Shown: positions 13,011 through 26,816 of the stretch, piece by piece
How the letters are laid out: each line of letters begins with the position of its first letter
How positions within the stretch are numbered: the stretch's first letter is position 1
Assembly: GCF_018350175.1 (NCBI RefSeq)
Contig: NC_058368.1
Location: 207,764,001-207,828,000 of the forward strand
Direction: 5' to 3'
Source of the DNA: Felis catus
Taxonomy: Eukaryota
DNA: 64,000 nucleotides
Position numbers and translations under genes: made by a program
The notes under the pieces: generated by a model
Databases searched by the model: none
Told to the model about the DNA's origin: nothing
What the model saw: only the letters and a program-made list of their open reading frames with translations

Positions 13011-13300
13011 CCAAAAGTGATAGTTGGGATGCTGAAATTTAAGATTTAGTAGTTATGAATAATTCCAGGTGAAGATACACAGAGTTGGACCATAGGTATG
13101 AATGGAGTAGAGGCATGAAGGTCATTTAATGAGTCATCCACATGGACTTTGAAGTCATCTAAGTAGATGGATTTGAGATAGAGAGTAAGACTTTAAGCCA
13201 AGAGCCAAAGTTGTGGAATTTTAATACTGCATGTTTTACGTGTTTGGTTGGGAAAATACTCTTTTAAAATTATGTTAAATTCTCTTATCTTTTCTTCTAG

Positions 13301-13398
13301 AACCTTCTGACAACTTAAGGGAGATTCTCCAAAATGTGGCCAAATTGCAAGGAGTATCAAATATGAGAAAACTAGGCCATCTGAATAACTTTACTAAG
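13301..13398 (+). CDS. RICTOR: RICTOR exon 3 (98 nt)
   Basis: tttcttctag|AACCT...ACTAAG|gtaagt; (E)PSDNLREILQNVAKLQGVSNMRKLGHLNNFTK. Confidence 0.97.
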
Positions 13399-14136
13399 GT
13401 AAGTAACTTGAGTCTTTATTAATATGATCATCTAAAATTCTGTTCCTTATACTTATTTCCGATGCTTTTTAACTACCATTAACAAATTCTTGGGGAATCA
13501 CCCAATATTAGTGCTTTCCTCTGCTGCTGCTCATGGATTTTGTTATGTGTTATTAATTACAGTGTATTTGAATAATGGAAGTATTATGTGCTGCTTGTAG
13601 AAAATTTGGTAAGTTCAGAAAAGAATAAAGAAAACAGTCACTAAGAAGTCCATCTTCCGGTCTTCAGGATTTTTTACATGTGTTTCTTTTGCCTTTTTAA
13701 TAATAACTCATTTTTATGTGATAATATATGATAAATGTTTATAATTAATAAGTATATGTGTGTGTGTGGCATTTCATAGGCACAACCATAATTTCTAGAG
13801 AAATAATAAAACTTCCTCTCTCTTTTCCCTGATATTCTATGTCCATTTTCTGGATCTCAATTAGAGCCTAGGATAAACATAGGGGCCCTCATCCCCAGTA
13901 AATACTGACTTGATCTTTGTTAGAATCCAAGAATTCTTGACTTTGATCGATGGTAGGTTTTTGAAGTAATTCTGGACAACCAACTCTTGGAAACACTAAA
14001 ATGCCTGTTATTTGAGGTGATGCCATAAATAGGAAACAGAATGGTTCCTTTGGGAAAAATTACTGTTTTTTTTAGTTTACTAAATATACATTGTTCTGCT
14101 ACATTTTAAATTTGGGAATAATTATATATGTTAGCC

Positions 14137-14301
14137 CCGTACTACTCAAAGTGTGACCCACAGACCAGCAGCATTGGCATCACCTTGAAGCTTGTTTGAA
14201 ATGTACTGCTTAGCTCTACCCTAGACCTACTGAACCAGAATCTCCATTTTAATAAAGATTCTCAAATAAATTGTGTGTACATTAAAGTTTGAGTGGCACT
14301 G
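14137..14301. mobile_element. MER5A hAT-Charlie MITE
   Basis: ctcaaagtgtg...accagcagcattggcatcacct...agacctactgaaccagaatct...aaagtttgagtggcactg. Confidence 0.85.
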
Positions 14302-14530
14302 TTTTAATCTTTCCAAAATGTTTAATTAATAATTGGATATGGCTTGGACTTTATTTCACAGGTATAAACGGATAAAATATAGTCACTGCGTACCAAAATT
14401 GTTTTTTCAGTATGGTGATGTGAAATAATGCTCTATATAGAGCAGATTTTTTTTCATAGTTAGAGAAGTAAGCACATACATGTTAATTTTTCTTTTGTGA
14501 AGTTTGGAATATTCTGGCATGTATTTTTTT

Positions 14531-14747
14531 TATTACTATTATTTTTTTGTAACATTCATTTTTGAGAGACGGAGACAGCGTGAGTAGGGGAGGGGCAGAG
14601 AGAGAGAGGAAGACACAGAATCTAAAGCAGGCTCCAGGCTCTGAGCTGTCAGCACAGAACCTGATGCGGGGCTCAAACTCACAGACTGCCAGACCATGAC
14701 ACGAGCCAAAGTCAGCAGCTTAACCAGCTGAGCCACCCAGGCGCCCC
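14531..14747 (-). mobile_element. CAN-SINE
   Basis: TSD tggca(t/c)gtattttt. Confidence 0.93.
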
Positions 14748-14816
14748 TGGCACGTATTTTTATATAACATGAGAAAATTATATGAGGGGCAAGAAAGTTA
14801 ATTTGTTTATGTATTT

Positions 14817-15038
14817 AAAAAATTTTTTTAAATGTTTATTTGTTTTTGAGAGAGAGTGAGAAACAGAGTGCAAGCAAGCAGGGGAGGAGCAGAGAGAGAG
14901 GGAGACACAGAATCTGAAGTGGGCTCTAGGCTCCGAGCTGTCAGCATGGAGCCCGATGCAGGGCTTGAACTCATGAACCACGAGATCGTGACCTGAGCCA
15001 AAGTTGGATGTTAGCCAACTGAGCTTCCCAGGTGCCCC
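14817..15038 (-). mobile_element. CAN-SINE nested in the tail of the SINE at 15039-15214
   Basis: TSD tgtttat(g/t)tattt 14804-14816/15039-15051. Confidence 0.92.
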
Positions 15039-15214
15039 TGTTTATTTATTTTTGAGAGAGAGAGAGAGAGAGACAGAGAGAGAGAATATCCCAAGCAGGC
15101 TCCACACTGTCTGCATGGGGCCCGATGCAGGGTGTGAACTCACGAACCGTGATCATGACCTGGGCTGAAAATCAAGAGTCGGATGCTTCACTGACTGAGC
15201 CACTCAGGCACCCC
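15039..15214 (-). mobile_element. CAN-SINE (host of the nested SINE)
   Basis: outer TSD agaaagt 14792-14798/15215-15221. Confidence 0.9.
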
Positions 15215-15706
15215 AGAAAGTAATATTTTTAAAGCAACTTCCAAAAACATTGAATAAGTGCTTGAGAAAGAGTTTTCAAAAATATCCCTAGGTATGTTTT
15301 CATTTTTTAATGAATGTAATAAAAATATTCAAATGCATTCTTCAGTGTGCTCATCAGCTAATGTCAAGTCTTTTAGACCCAAAGTTCTTTCAAGATTGTA
15401 ATGGTATCTCCTGGTTTCACTCCCTTCTATTAAATTTCCCAGTTTTATCTCACATTCTTCACTCATCTTGAATAAGTCTTAACCATTTGCCTAGATTTAA
15501 CCATTTAAAACAAATTTCATATAGATTTATGTCCTGTTTGAACTCATGGTTCCTGTCATAATCAGGTTGACATCTTGATACGTAGTTCCACATCTTTTGC
15601 CAGCTGGGATTCTGAAAGTTGGGAATGGATGTAAGGATGGCAGTGATTTCTTTTTTTTTCACTCTGGCACTAGTATGGATCTTAAGGCAATATTAAAAAT
15701 CTAGAG

Positions 15707-16020
15707 CAGCATCATCCAGTAGAAGTATAATGCGAACCACAAATATAATTTAAAATTTTCTAGTACCACACCAAAAAAGGAAAAAGAAGCATGTGAAATT
15801 ATTTTTAACAATACATTTTCTTTAATCCAGTATATCCAGATTATTGCATTTGATATAATTAGTATAAAACATTAATGATGAAATGTTTATTAATATTTTT
15901 ATACAAAATATTTGAAATCAAATATGTATATTCATGTAGTACATCTTAATTCAGACTAGCCACATTTACAGTGCTCATAGCAACCTGTGGCTAGTAAATA
16001 CCAACCATAATGGACAGTAT
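15707..16020. mobile_element. MER33 hAT-Charlie element
   Basis: tccagtagaagtataatgcgaaccaca...gactagccacattt.cagtgctc...gtggctagt...tggacagt. Confidence 0.85.
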
Positions 16021-17035
16021 ATATATAGGCTTTTTGGAATAGTAGTTAAAGCATTAATTTTAGGAATCTGTTGGACACCTTTTTCCTTTCTCTATTTTCC
16101 ATTTATTTCTGTCTCAATCTCAGGTCCTTTGGGTTAAGGTCACTTGCCCTCTCCCTTCTTCCCTTTTCCATTTCATTGTTTCTGTATCTTTGAATTTTAC
16201 CCACAGTATTTCACTAAGTTGTTTTCTTTACTTGGTCTTTCCTTGATATGTGTTCTCCCAGTCTCTTTTCCCCTGTCTTCCCTTCACTCTCTCCTTCTCT
16301 GTTCTCTTTCTTTCCTTCTTTCCCTTTGTCACCTGTCTTTTCACCTTTCTCTACCCCCCTCCCTCTGTCTCTTTCCCTCATTTCTCTCTCCTTTCCCTGT
16401 CTCTTCCCCCATTGTACCACTGTAGATAACAGAATGATTTATCTCCTTAATAAAGGCCCTAGGCTTTGGGGCTTCTTGTATTCTTGTTTTTTGTTTTGCT
16501 ATATCCTCTCTTTGTAATTTTCACATTTCCGTCTGGCCCTTGTGCTAGCTTATAGCAACCTTCTATTTGCTATTATAAATTATTTATGGATTTAAAACCA
16601 GAAAACCAGACTTACTAGAATTTGTCTACAATATGAGGCACTAAACCTTGAGTTGGGGTCTGAGGGGCTCTCCCATTAGTGAAGTCCACGAACGCTGGAC
16701 TTGATAAAATCAGTTTTCTGCCCTATGATAACAATGGGAAAAACATGAGCTTTAGATCAACTAGATAGAGACTTACAGCCTAGCTCTGACCCTAACTAGC
16801 AAGGCAGTCTCGGGCAGATTTCTTTACTCAGGTAAAGAGGCAAGGTCTCAGTTCAATGCCTGGCACACAATATGTACTTCGTAAAGGTAGTGCCTTTGTT
16901 TTTGTTTGCTTTTGTATTTTTTGCCATTTTTATAGTTGTTTTTTTGTTTTTGTTTTTGTTTTTTTTTGGCTGACTCTAAGGACATGAGTCTGCTTAAGAG
17001 TTCACAAATTGCAGATTGGTAAGCTGTTACTGTAA

Positions 17036-17251
17036 CAGTGTTTTTTTGACCTCAGTAATTCCGACATATTGGGCCAGATAATTGTTTTGGGAGGCTGTCT
17101 TCTTCATTGTAGTATGTTTAACAGCATCCCTGCTTCTATCCCCTGGATGCCAGTAGCACACCTCCACCAGCTGTGACAAACAAAAATGTCTCCAGACACT
17201 GCCAAATATTTCCTTGGGAACAGAATTGCCCCTGGTTAAGAACCACCACTG
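17036..17251. mobile_element. MER20 hAT-Charlie element
   Basis: ttgggccagataatt...cagcatccctg...gatgccagtagcac...aaaaatgtctccagaca...ggttaagaaccaccactg. Confidence 0.88.
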
Positions 17252-18169
17252 TAAATAAATGGCTGTAGATTTTATTATAAAATTTCTTCAAGCACCCTGT
17301 GCAAAATAAATGCTTACTGTAAATTTAATCATAATATAATATGCCTTTGAATTCCATTTTGTTGGAGAGCTAAGTTCGTAAACATTTACATAGCTGGTAT
17401 TTCTGTAAAATCTGTAAGTACATTTCCTTGTATGGTTAGAAATTCTGAGAAATCTCTATGAATATCTTTATAGAATAAGTAAATAAGAAAAATAATTATG
17501 ATGCCACTTAGACTAGTTAGGAGTTGGTTGGTCCCCCTTTTCTGTGTTCCCATAACAGATTATGTGTGTCTACTAAATTTTATCTGTTCTTTTGTTATTA
17601 TTTGTTGTGGGTTACTGTCTTATTAAACTGAGTTTCTTAAGCACAAATCACATGTAGTATTTATTTTTCTACTCTTCATTTTTACTCCAAAGCCTGGTAT
17701 ATAACAAGTGTTTAATTAAAGGTTTTATATTACATTGAGAAGATTTTGCATTTTAAATATGAGTTTTTGTCGTACTACTAGTTGTTTTGTTATGAAGTAG
17801 AAGCTTGCTGTTAGGATTAACTTAATTTAGTAGATCAGTGGGGCTAAAATCTTTTAGAGAGTAGACCTCATCTGCAGAAATAAACTTCCTTTTAAGGCAT
17901 GAAGAGAGGGTGCTAGTGATGTGATCCTGTAACCATGTGAATGTCACACACCCGTGCTTGCCTTCTGACATCATTGCACTAGATAAAGTAGTGTGTATAA
18001 CAGACTGCTGATGAATATAATCTCAGTATCCTATTTTTAAAACTGACAACATGCTTATAATCTAAAGACCTGTTTAAAGATGAAACTATTTCAGGTCTTT
18101 ACATTCTAAAAGTTCTCTTTTCCTATATTTCATCTCCTATTCATATTGAAAGTTCCAAAGGAGTCTTTA

Positions 18170-18360
18170 TTTGGTACTGTTTTTAAAAAAAACTTCAAAA
18201 ATAGTATAAGCTAAATATAAAAAATTAAAACAGCACAGAACAATATATGGTAAAAAGTGAAAGTCTTCTCTCAGATACCCTTCCCATCTTCCTCACCACT
18301 GTGACAAAAATACCATTCTCTGCAGGTAACCACTAGGAAGTATTTACCCTTCTCTGATAT

Positions 18361-18402
<42 letters not shown>

Positions 18403-18880
18403 ATTTCATTGAGTTGTGAGAATTAAATGAGTGAAACAAAAAGTTGTGTTTAATATAGTACTCAGTTTATTTACCACTTATTATATATGTATGCACAAAG
18501 GTTTTTTTTTAAATAAGATCATGACATATGTTGATTTATAGTTTGCTTTTTTCTACTTTCCAATATATCATAGAATCCTTTCCTTTTTATAAATATAGAT
18601 CTACTACATTTTTATAACTGCATGTATGTGTGTAGATATATATATATGTGTAGATATAGTCACAAAATATATGTATATGTATACAAATATGTATATTCAT
18701 ACACATACATACATACATATACCATAATTTAATCATTCCATCATTAAAAAATATTTTCCCTTTTTGCTATTTTAAATCATGTATAGTAACACTTGTGTAC
18801 TTCCTTGTGCTGAATAGAATTTTTGAAGTGTGATTACTTAGCCAAAGCCTTTGTATTTCTTATTTTAAAACCTGCTTTTA
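18170..18880 (-). mobile_element. old L1ME-like 3' fragment
   Basis: gaggtaaccact-like, tagatctactacattttt, ccataattta motifs; approximate. Confidence 0.5.
18364..18400. repeat. (TG)n microsatellite
   Basis: about 18 units. Confidence 0.95.
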
Positions 18881-18891
18881 CAGTGCGTTCT

Positions 18892-19093
18892 GTGGGTGTC
18901 TGGGTGGCTCAGTCAGTTGAGTGACTAATTTTGACTTGGGTCTCGATCCCAGGGTCATGGGATTGAGCCCTGCATTGGGCTCCATGCTGAGCATGGAGCC
19001 TGCTTAAGATTTTCTCTCTCTGTCTCTCCCCCTAACCCCTCTCCCTTGCTCATGCATGCACTCTCTCTCTAAAAAAAACAAAAAACAAAAAAA
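18892..19093 (+). mobile_element. older CAN-SINE
   Basis: gggtggctcagtcagttgag...gagcctgcttaagatt, CT tract, A tail. Confidence 0.9.
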
Positions 19094-19609
19094 CCACTCA
19101 GAAAAGACCACGCTGTGGAAATCTTTTCTGTGATAATATATACATATATATATTTTTAAAGTTTGGATTACTCGATCTGTTGCTTATTTGGGAGAACTAT
19201 TCATTTAACCTTCAGAGCAATATGAGTAAAATGGGAATAACATAGCATTTAACTGCCCTGTTTTAATTGATCATTATCTTTTTTAAAAATTGTACTTTTA
19301 ATAAGCATCTCAGATATTTTAATTACCTAGAGATAGTTTAGACTTCTATTTTACCTTTGTCAGAATATAATATTGTTGATTGCTCCTTTTGGATATCTCA
19401 GTTTTTATAAGAAAGCCTTATAAGAAACAAATTCAACAAACTTAATTCAACAGAGCTAGAGTTTAAAAAAAGTTATTTGCTCTCATGATGAGGAAAACCA
19501 AATGTTGTGTCCTAATTTCAAACAAAACAATTCAAGGGCTGAAAAAATGTTAATTGCATTCTGTCTCTCCCATTTCACAGCTCTCTCTTTTTTTTTAAAG
19601 TTAGCTTCA

Positions 19610-19843
19610 GGGGCGCCTGGGTGGCGCAGTCGGTTAAGCGTCCGACTTCAGCCAGGTCACGATCTCGCGGTCTGTGAGTTCGAGCCCCGCGTCGGGCTCT
19701 GGGCTGATGGCTCAGAGCCTGGAGCCTGTTTCCGATTCTGTGTCTCCCTCTCTCTCTGCCCCTCCCCCGTTCATGCTCTGTCTCTCTCTGTCCCAAAAAA
19801 TAAATAAACGTTGAAAAAAAAAATTAAAAAAAAAAAATAAAAT
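19610..19843 (+). mobile_element. young SINEC_Fc
   Basis: CpG-rich; TSD aaagttagcttca 19597-19609/19844-19856. Confidence 0.96.
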
Positions 19844-21889
19844 AAAGTTAGCTTCATTCTGAAACACCTTCCATTTGGCTAAGATACATCATCTTTACAG
19901 CTCTCCTAAAAGGAAAGGGTAGCCCTCTCTTATCGTCTACTATACGTTCTCTCATTTTGGTCACACTCAGCTAGGCATCGTAACCGATAGTCATAAAAAC
20001 ACATGGGATGGGAGCAACAGAAACCCAGTGAAAAGTGTGATGTCTAATAATTTTGCATTTTGCATCAGTGTCTGTTAGGATACGGATTCTTACATTTTGA
20101 AAGGTCTTCAGTGATTTCTAAGCATAATTCATGATTTTATTCTTAACACACTTACGTGATAGAGAAGGCAGTGTTACATTTTAATAACTTATACAGGAGA
20201 CAAGAAATTACCAGAAATGGCTAAGATAGTAGTGGACAAACTACTACTTAATGACAGAAGATTAATTAGTAATTCAATCAGTTGTTGAAGCAGGATAAGA
20301 TTCTCATTGTTTAAAGGCACCAGTTTAGGATTCTTCTTGCTGTTTTTGGCCTATTCCTAGAGTAAGACTTAAGGGGTTTAATTTGTACTTTAGGGTTTGG
20401 TTATTTAAATTAGGAGATTATTAGTAAAGTAGTGAGTCAGTCACTATAAGAATTTTATACTAGAATAGTTTATTCCTAATATTTTGAAACTTCTAATAGG
20501 TGAACTCTTGGTGATGGGAAGTGAAAGTATATTTTTTTGATAATTAAAAATTCAGAAATCTTACCAGTGTCTTCTGTGATTTCTTATTCTTATGTAAATT
20601 ATTTACATATAGAAAGCTTAGTCTTTACTTGGGATAATTCTAATTCAAAAAGGATATTTTCATTTAAGACTAATTAAGAAGATCCTCTTCTATAATTCTG
20701 GAAACAAAAACATTAATTAACCACATTGAAAGCATCACCCTAACATTTATTACTATCTTTGGGAATTAGGCACTGAAAATGACAAATATGCTGTTTTGTT
20801 ATAAATTGTTCTTTTTAGTTTTTACTTGTGATATTCCAGTTTCCAACTGAGTGGACATTTTTCTCAGAAGTATGTCTTGCAGTTAAAAAAAAAGAAAAGA
20901 AAAAGACATGTTTCTTGCAGTTGAAATTTTTATCTTGCAGTGATACTAGATAGCAGAAAATGATAGTCCTTTCAAAATACTTTTCAAGTTGTGGTTTTTG
21001 GAGATCATAATAATAACTTTGAGAGGTTTTTTTTTAATTTTTCATCAAAACTGCTAACTCTAACAGATGTTAGAGTTGATGGACAGTCATATATTTTGTG
21101 TCTAAAAGGTGAGTAATTTGGGAATTGTGTTTCTCTGAATCTATAGTTTTCTACAAGGATACCTGGCAAGTGTGAAAAAGATAGTACAAAAAATGAGAAC
21201 CAAGTGCATACTTAAGCTACTTAAGTACTCTACCAACCCTTGACAAGACTTTGTTTACTTTATTTCTAGGATTTCAAAGTATTTTGTTAACATCCATTGC
21301 TACTGTAGCAGAAAAAAATGGAATTACTGCCTTTTTAGGAATTGAGATAAACAAATCAGTTTAAGAAAGTAACATTTTTCCCATTTTAAAAACAATATTT
21401 TATATATGTTGATATAAACAACTTGTAAGCTTCATTTTTCTATTGTTTGAGTTGGAATATGTCCAAGGTTTAAGTGAGCATAATACTATGATAAGCAGTT
21501 GTTTTTTGTTTTTTGTTTTTTAAATAATGTATGGTACCATACAGTGACAATGCTAGTAATCTCAAATACCTGGAAATCTCAAATACTAACTTACGTTTAA
21601 TAGTGTTAAGTGTAGTTTTTATGTGTGTTTCAATCCTTTGAAATGGGCAATTTGTGTGTGTGTTTTTAGTTAGCTGTTTTGGAAAAAATAATAGTTAATT
21701 TCACTTACTTGTTCGCGTATATGACCAGAGTACAGTTCTCCAGACTTTTGAGTCATACCATTTTTGAGGCTGGAGATATGAAATAAAGATGGTAATATTC
21801 AGTTATTTCTTTATTTTTTATATCCAATCTCCCCTCCTCCTTTGTCCCTGTGTGACTAATTTTAATACAAAATTGTAGTAACATTTTTC

Positions 21890-22060
21890 ACAGTGGACTC
21901 TGGACCCCAACTGGCTTGGTCAGATTTCTGGCTTTACCACTTAATAGTTTTTTGGCCTTGGGAAGTCATATTACCTACTATCTTCAAGCCTCATTTGTCT
22001 TCATTTACAAAAATATTATTTTCTAGGGTTAACAAGATTAATAGTCAATAAATGTTATTT
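21890..22060 (+). mobile_element. MIR, degenerate
   Basis: ggctttaccactta.tag...ggccttgggaagtca...agcctcatttgtct. Confidence 0.55.
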
Positions 22061-22495
22061 CTGTTCCTATTCATGAATTCTTTATATAGTTAACCATCCC
22101 TAGGTTATGTAATACATATTCAGTATATATTAACATTTCTAAAATACAGAAAAGCATAGAGAGGAAAATAAATTACCTATGATTGCATTTTCATTTTTGG
22201 TGTTAAAATATTGATGGTATAGACTTTTTAAATATGTATCTTAAAAAAAAATACATCTTTTAGAATTTTTTCCATCTTACCAGGGTATATTATGCATGTT
22301 TTTCCTTATGTTTAAATATTATATAATATTAATAGGTTGTGTAAGTTTCCTCCTTTATGAACATTTTGTTTCTAGTTCTTTACCATTGTAAATAATGTCA
22401 TGAGCCTCTTATGCTTGAACCACTTTACATTTTAGATTAGTTTGTTCATATAAATCACCAGAAGCAGATCCTGACCATAGTACATTTTTCCAATT

Positions 22496-22707
22496 TTTAA
22501 AAAATGTTCACTTATTTGTTTATTTTTTGAGAGAGTGAGCATGCACGAGAGAGCATGCAGGAGCAGGGGAGGGTCAGAGAGAGAGGGAGAAAGAGAATCC
22601 CAAACAGGCCATTAGGGCAGAGCCTGACATGAGCCCACAAACCTCGAGATCATGATCTGAGTGGAATTTGAGTCGTATTCTCAACCAACTGAGCCACCCA
22701 AGTGCCC
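22496..22707 (-). mobile_element. older CAN-SINE
   Basis: reverse SINE; TSD cattt(t/c)ccaattt. Confidence 0.88.
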
Positions 22708-23010
22708 TGCATTTCCCAATTTATTTTACAAAATGTTTTCGGTTTATAATTTCAGTTTATAATGCCGACAATGTATTATCTTATTTGGAATAATCATGTT
22801 AAAAAGGAGTTTCTTGCTAGTTTGGTAAACTTTGTTTCAAACGGCACTTTTCAGTGTATTTGGTTCAGAATTTAGGAAACAGGAAATACGTCATGTTATT
22901 AAATTCTTTTTACTTTTTCTTGGCCTCTTCTCAGTGATCTTTCCCCAACTTGTTTAGGCCTTTCACATTATAAGAGTGTGCTTATATTACTTTGCTATGT
23001 GAGGCTAGCA

Positions 23011-23375
23011 TGTTAAGGGCGGAATTATGTATTCCGAAAATTCATTCGTTGAAACCTTCACCCTCAGTACCTCAAAATGTTTATGCATTTGGAGATACGG
23101 CCCTTAAAGAGGCAGTTGAGGTAAAATTAGGTAATATGGGTGATCTCCAGTGCAATATGACCAGTGTCCTGATAAAACAAGGAGATTAGTACAAAGATAC
23201 ACACAGAGGAACAACCATATGAAGACAGAGAGAACCAAGGAGAAATGACCTCAAAACAAAGAATCTGTCAAGATACATTGATGTTCTAGCCTCCAGAATC
23301 ATGAGTAAATAAGTTTCTGTGTTTGAGCCACCTGGTCTGTGGTATTTGTTATAGCAGCCCTAGCAAACCAATACA
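23011..23375 (+). mobile_element. MaLR solo LTR (MLT1B-like)
   Basis: tgt...aca ends; aaattcattcgttgaa...atttggagata.ggcc; ctagcctccagaa...gtggtatttgttatagcagccctagcaaac.aataca. Confidence 0.85.
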
Positions 23376-24289
23376 AGCCCTTAACCTTTTGCTTATCATA
23401 GTTTTACAAATATTTTTGACTAATATGTCATTTAACTTTTAGGTATACAGTTGGCTTTTTAGAAATATATAAATTTTCCTCTCTTTTGTCTCAAAGCTTA
23501 GGAAATCTTACATTGTATTTTAAATCTATATTTATATATAAAGATGTCCTCATCCTCCCATTTTTTAGTACTTTTAACATCGCAACAAAATGCAATAAAA
23601 ATGACAAAATTTCATGCCGTTTGAAGGTCTGTAGCTTCTTTGTTCATCATATTTCAGAATTTTGAGGATTTTATAATATAAACATTTTGGATAAAGACCT
23701 GTGAACAAAAACTTTTCAGCTTGTTTTGCCTATTTGCTTATTTACACAGCATTTCCTTACCACACAAAGTGATGATTTGTGTAGTGTCCTTCCCTGCTGT
23801 GAAAATATTGCGTTATCTTATAGCTACTCTATTCCTATTCTCTTCCTTCTTCTATTTGGAACATTTCTTTTTTGCCTTTTTTTTTTTTTTTTTCCTTCTA
23901 AAGAAGAAACTGGATAGGAAATTTTATAAGGAGCCTACCAATAAGATAGGATTAGCTTTTTATTTCTACAGTTTTGTGCCTTTTAAAATATGTTCTTGGG
24001 TCCATTCCTTTCACAGAGACCGATGTGATGGCCACCACTTTGGTTGGTTTATTCTGTATGGTTAAGATGTTCATAACTTCATACTGAGGAAGAATAATAG
24101 CACTTGGAATCCCTTCTGTTTCTTCAGTGTTAATTAAATGATCAATCTCTTGAATTCATTTCAGTTAGGCCCTCCAAATAACTTGAGAAACTTCTATGTA
24201 ACTTTTAGGTAAAAGCCAGTTTTCAAAATTCAGACTAAAGTGGTACATACCATCCAGGTGGGAAGGAAGTAGTTAGTATTAGATCAGTG

Positions 24290-26450
24290 TTCTTAATGAA
24301 AACAAGGAAAGCCTGTTTGAAGGTATAGCAGGAAACTGCTCAGTCAAAAAGAAATATAGGAGCCAAAGCTTTGGAGAAGGGAGAAGCTTGTGGAGGTGAG
24401 TTTACTTCTCCAACAACTTTTGCCAGGAGATACTGGCTACTTTAGAGTGTGGGCAGAGAGCTAGGGACTCAGACCTTAGGCCCAGGAGTACTCAGCAGAA
24501 AAAACAGCACAGACTTTTGGTGGAGACCTAGAGGCAATCTACTAGAAGGAGATTCTTGTCTCAGTACATTTGTTGAATCCTGGGACTATCTGAGATGGGA
24601 AACCTAAAAATCTAAAGCAAAAGAATATATATATTTTTTTCAACGTTTATTTATTTTTGAGACAGAGAGAGACAGAGCATGAACGGGGGAGGGGCAGAGA
24701 GAGAGGGAGACACAGAATCGGAAACAGGCTCCAGGCTCTGAGCCATCAGCCCAGAGCCTGACATGGGGCTGGAACTCATGGACCGTGAGATCGTGACCTG
24801 GCTGAAGTCGGACACTTAACCGACTGCGCCACCCAGGCGCCCCAGCAAAAGAATATTTGAAAATAAGGATGGAGCTTGTAGTGTTTTTGTAAGACAGAAA
24901 TAGGTATGTCATCCTCTTGGGACTAATTCCCTCAACAATAAATAAGTTTCAGTATGAAACTTAGGTTTCAGTTGAAAATAGGTTTCAGTTAAAACCTGGG
25001 GAGTGGGGAGGAAAAGGGAAAACCAGAGGTAGATTGAAACTTAACAGAGCAGCAACTTTTCTGTACTTAGTTTTGTTCAGTGACCTAACAAAGAGGATAA
25101 ACCCTCTGTGGAGAAAGATATTATCAGGAGTCTGTACAAGTTTTTATATGCAAAGATTGCAGGGTATACCAAGAGACAGGACTGCATGACTACAATGAAA
25201 GGAAGAACATAGTAGAAACGGATCTACAGGCAATCTACATCATTCACATACATTTATATAATAAGCACTTCAAATATTTAAATTATTATTTACATGTCAA
25301 GGAAATAGAGGAAATATGGAGAGAATAGGTGAAAATGAAGATTTTTTTTTTTATTATTGATATGTGTAAAGTTAGATGAAGATTCAAGAATGGTAAAACA
25401 GTGTCTAAAAATCAAGAACTCAGTAGACCGGTGTGGTAGAAGATTAGCCAGATCAGAAGATAGATAAATAGAAAATATCTAGCCAAAGCACTGAGATAAG
25501 AGAATGGAGAAAATAGAAAACAGGTTTTAGAGATTTGCAGTACACACCAAAAGATCTGACATTTGAATTACCAGAAAGAGAAGAGAGGGAATTGGGCAAT
25601 AAGTAATTTTGAAGAGATCATGTACAAAATTTTCTAACACTAATTAAAATATATCAAACCAGAGATTTGGGAATTTCTGTTTCCCTAAGCAGGATAGATA
25701 CAGAGAAAACCACACCTGAACACTAAGATTGCTGAAAAACAAAGAGAAAAAAAATCTTCAAAAGAGCCAATAGTAAGACTGATAACAGACTTTTCAATAG
25801 GGATAATAGAAACCATCTTGAAGCTTTTAAGAAAATAGCAGCTAACCCATAAATCTATAAATCCAGAAAGATAATCCTCCAAAAAATAAAGTGAAAAAAA
25901 AATTTTCCATGTAAACAAAAGTTTAAAGAATCTGTTAACAGCAACCTTGGCTAAAAATTAAGTAAATAAAAACACCCAATAAAACAAGTCAACAACAAAC
26001 TGAGGATTCTTTAGACAGAAGGAAGAATATCCTGTTAAGATAACACTGAGATGAAGAACAATAGAAAAGGTGAAATTGTTGGCAAATATAAATTGATATT
26101 GACTAAATATTAACTGAAAGTAAAAATAACCGTAATGTGTTATGGGGCTTGAAACATCGGTAGAAAAAACAACAGTAAAGTGAAAGGTGAGGGTAGTAAA
26201 TGAAGTTCAAGTGTTTTAAGAGTCTAGCATTGTTGAGGACATGGTAAAGTAATATCTGTTAGACTGTTACTAGTTAACAATGCACATTATAATCTCAATG
26301 GTAACCATCAAAAGATTGTTTTAAAACTGTAAACTTATTGAGGGGGGATAAAGAATAATAAAGCATAATTGGTTGATTCAAATGAAAACAAAAAGGAGGG
26401 TTAAAGAAACCTAAAACTGGCAGGTCAAATAAAAACACAGTAATGCAGTA
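24290..26450 (+). mobile_element. old L1M-like ORF1-region fragments, sense
   Basis: A-rich, ataagactgataacagacttttca and similar L1 ORF1 motifs; approximate. Confidence 0.6.
24629..24843 (-). mobile_element. young SINEC_Fc
   Basis: TSD agcaaaagaatat 24616-24628/24844-24856. Confidence 0.95.
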
Positions 26451-26600
26451 GAAATAAATATGCATACTTGAACAGTAATAAAATCATATATTTTCTGATA
26501 TTTGTTGGAGATAAATACTATATTTTTCAGTCTAAAAGGGAATGTATACATAAATAGACAAAAATACATAACACATTCACATACTTTTGTTTTCTGACAG

Positions 26601-26665
26601 CTTCTTTGTGATATTGGCCATAGTGAAGAAAAATTGGGTTTTAACTATGAGGATATCATAATTTG
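26601..26665 (+). CDS. RICTOR: RICTOR exon 4 (65 nt)
   Basis: ctgacag|CTTCTT...ATTTG|gtaagt; LLCDIGHSEEKLGFNYEDII I(C). Confidence 0.97.
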
Positions 26666-26816
26666 GTAAGTATAGTTTAGTTCTCTCCTTCACCTCTCTG
26701 GATTTTAGTAATTTCAGTTTTACTAATTCTAAACCAAAAAGATAGTGTGACACCTTATATTTAATTTTGTGGAAACAGTTGTTTGAACATTAGAAAAATT
26801 TATGATCTCCAGTACT

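Noticed and set aside
1..13300. RICTOR promoter, CpG island and exons 1-2
   Set aside because: No CpG island and no MAAIGRGRS- or RNDSGEENVPLDLTR-coding sequence seen; these lie upstream of the window
17910..17982. Possible C/D snoRNA or hairpin (gtgctagtgatgt...ctgacatcattgcac)
   Set aside because: C box is imperfect (GTGATGT) and would be buried in the stem, the loop is large, and I recognise no family; an Rfam scan would settle it
23769..23870. GTGATGA C-box-like motif
   Set aside because: No CTGA D box or terminal stem at a suitable distance
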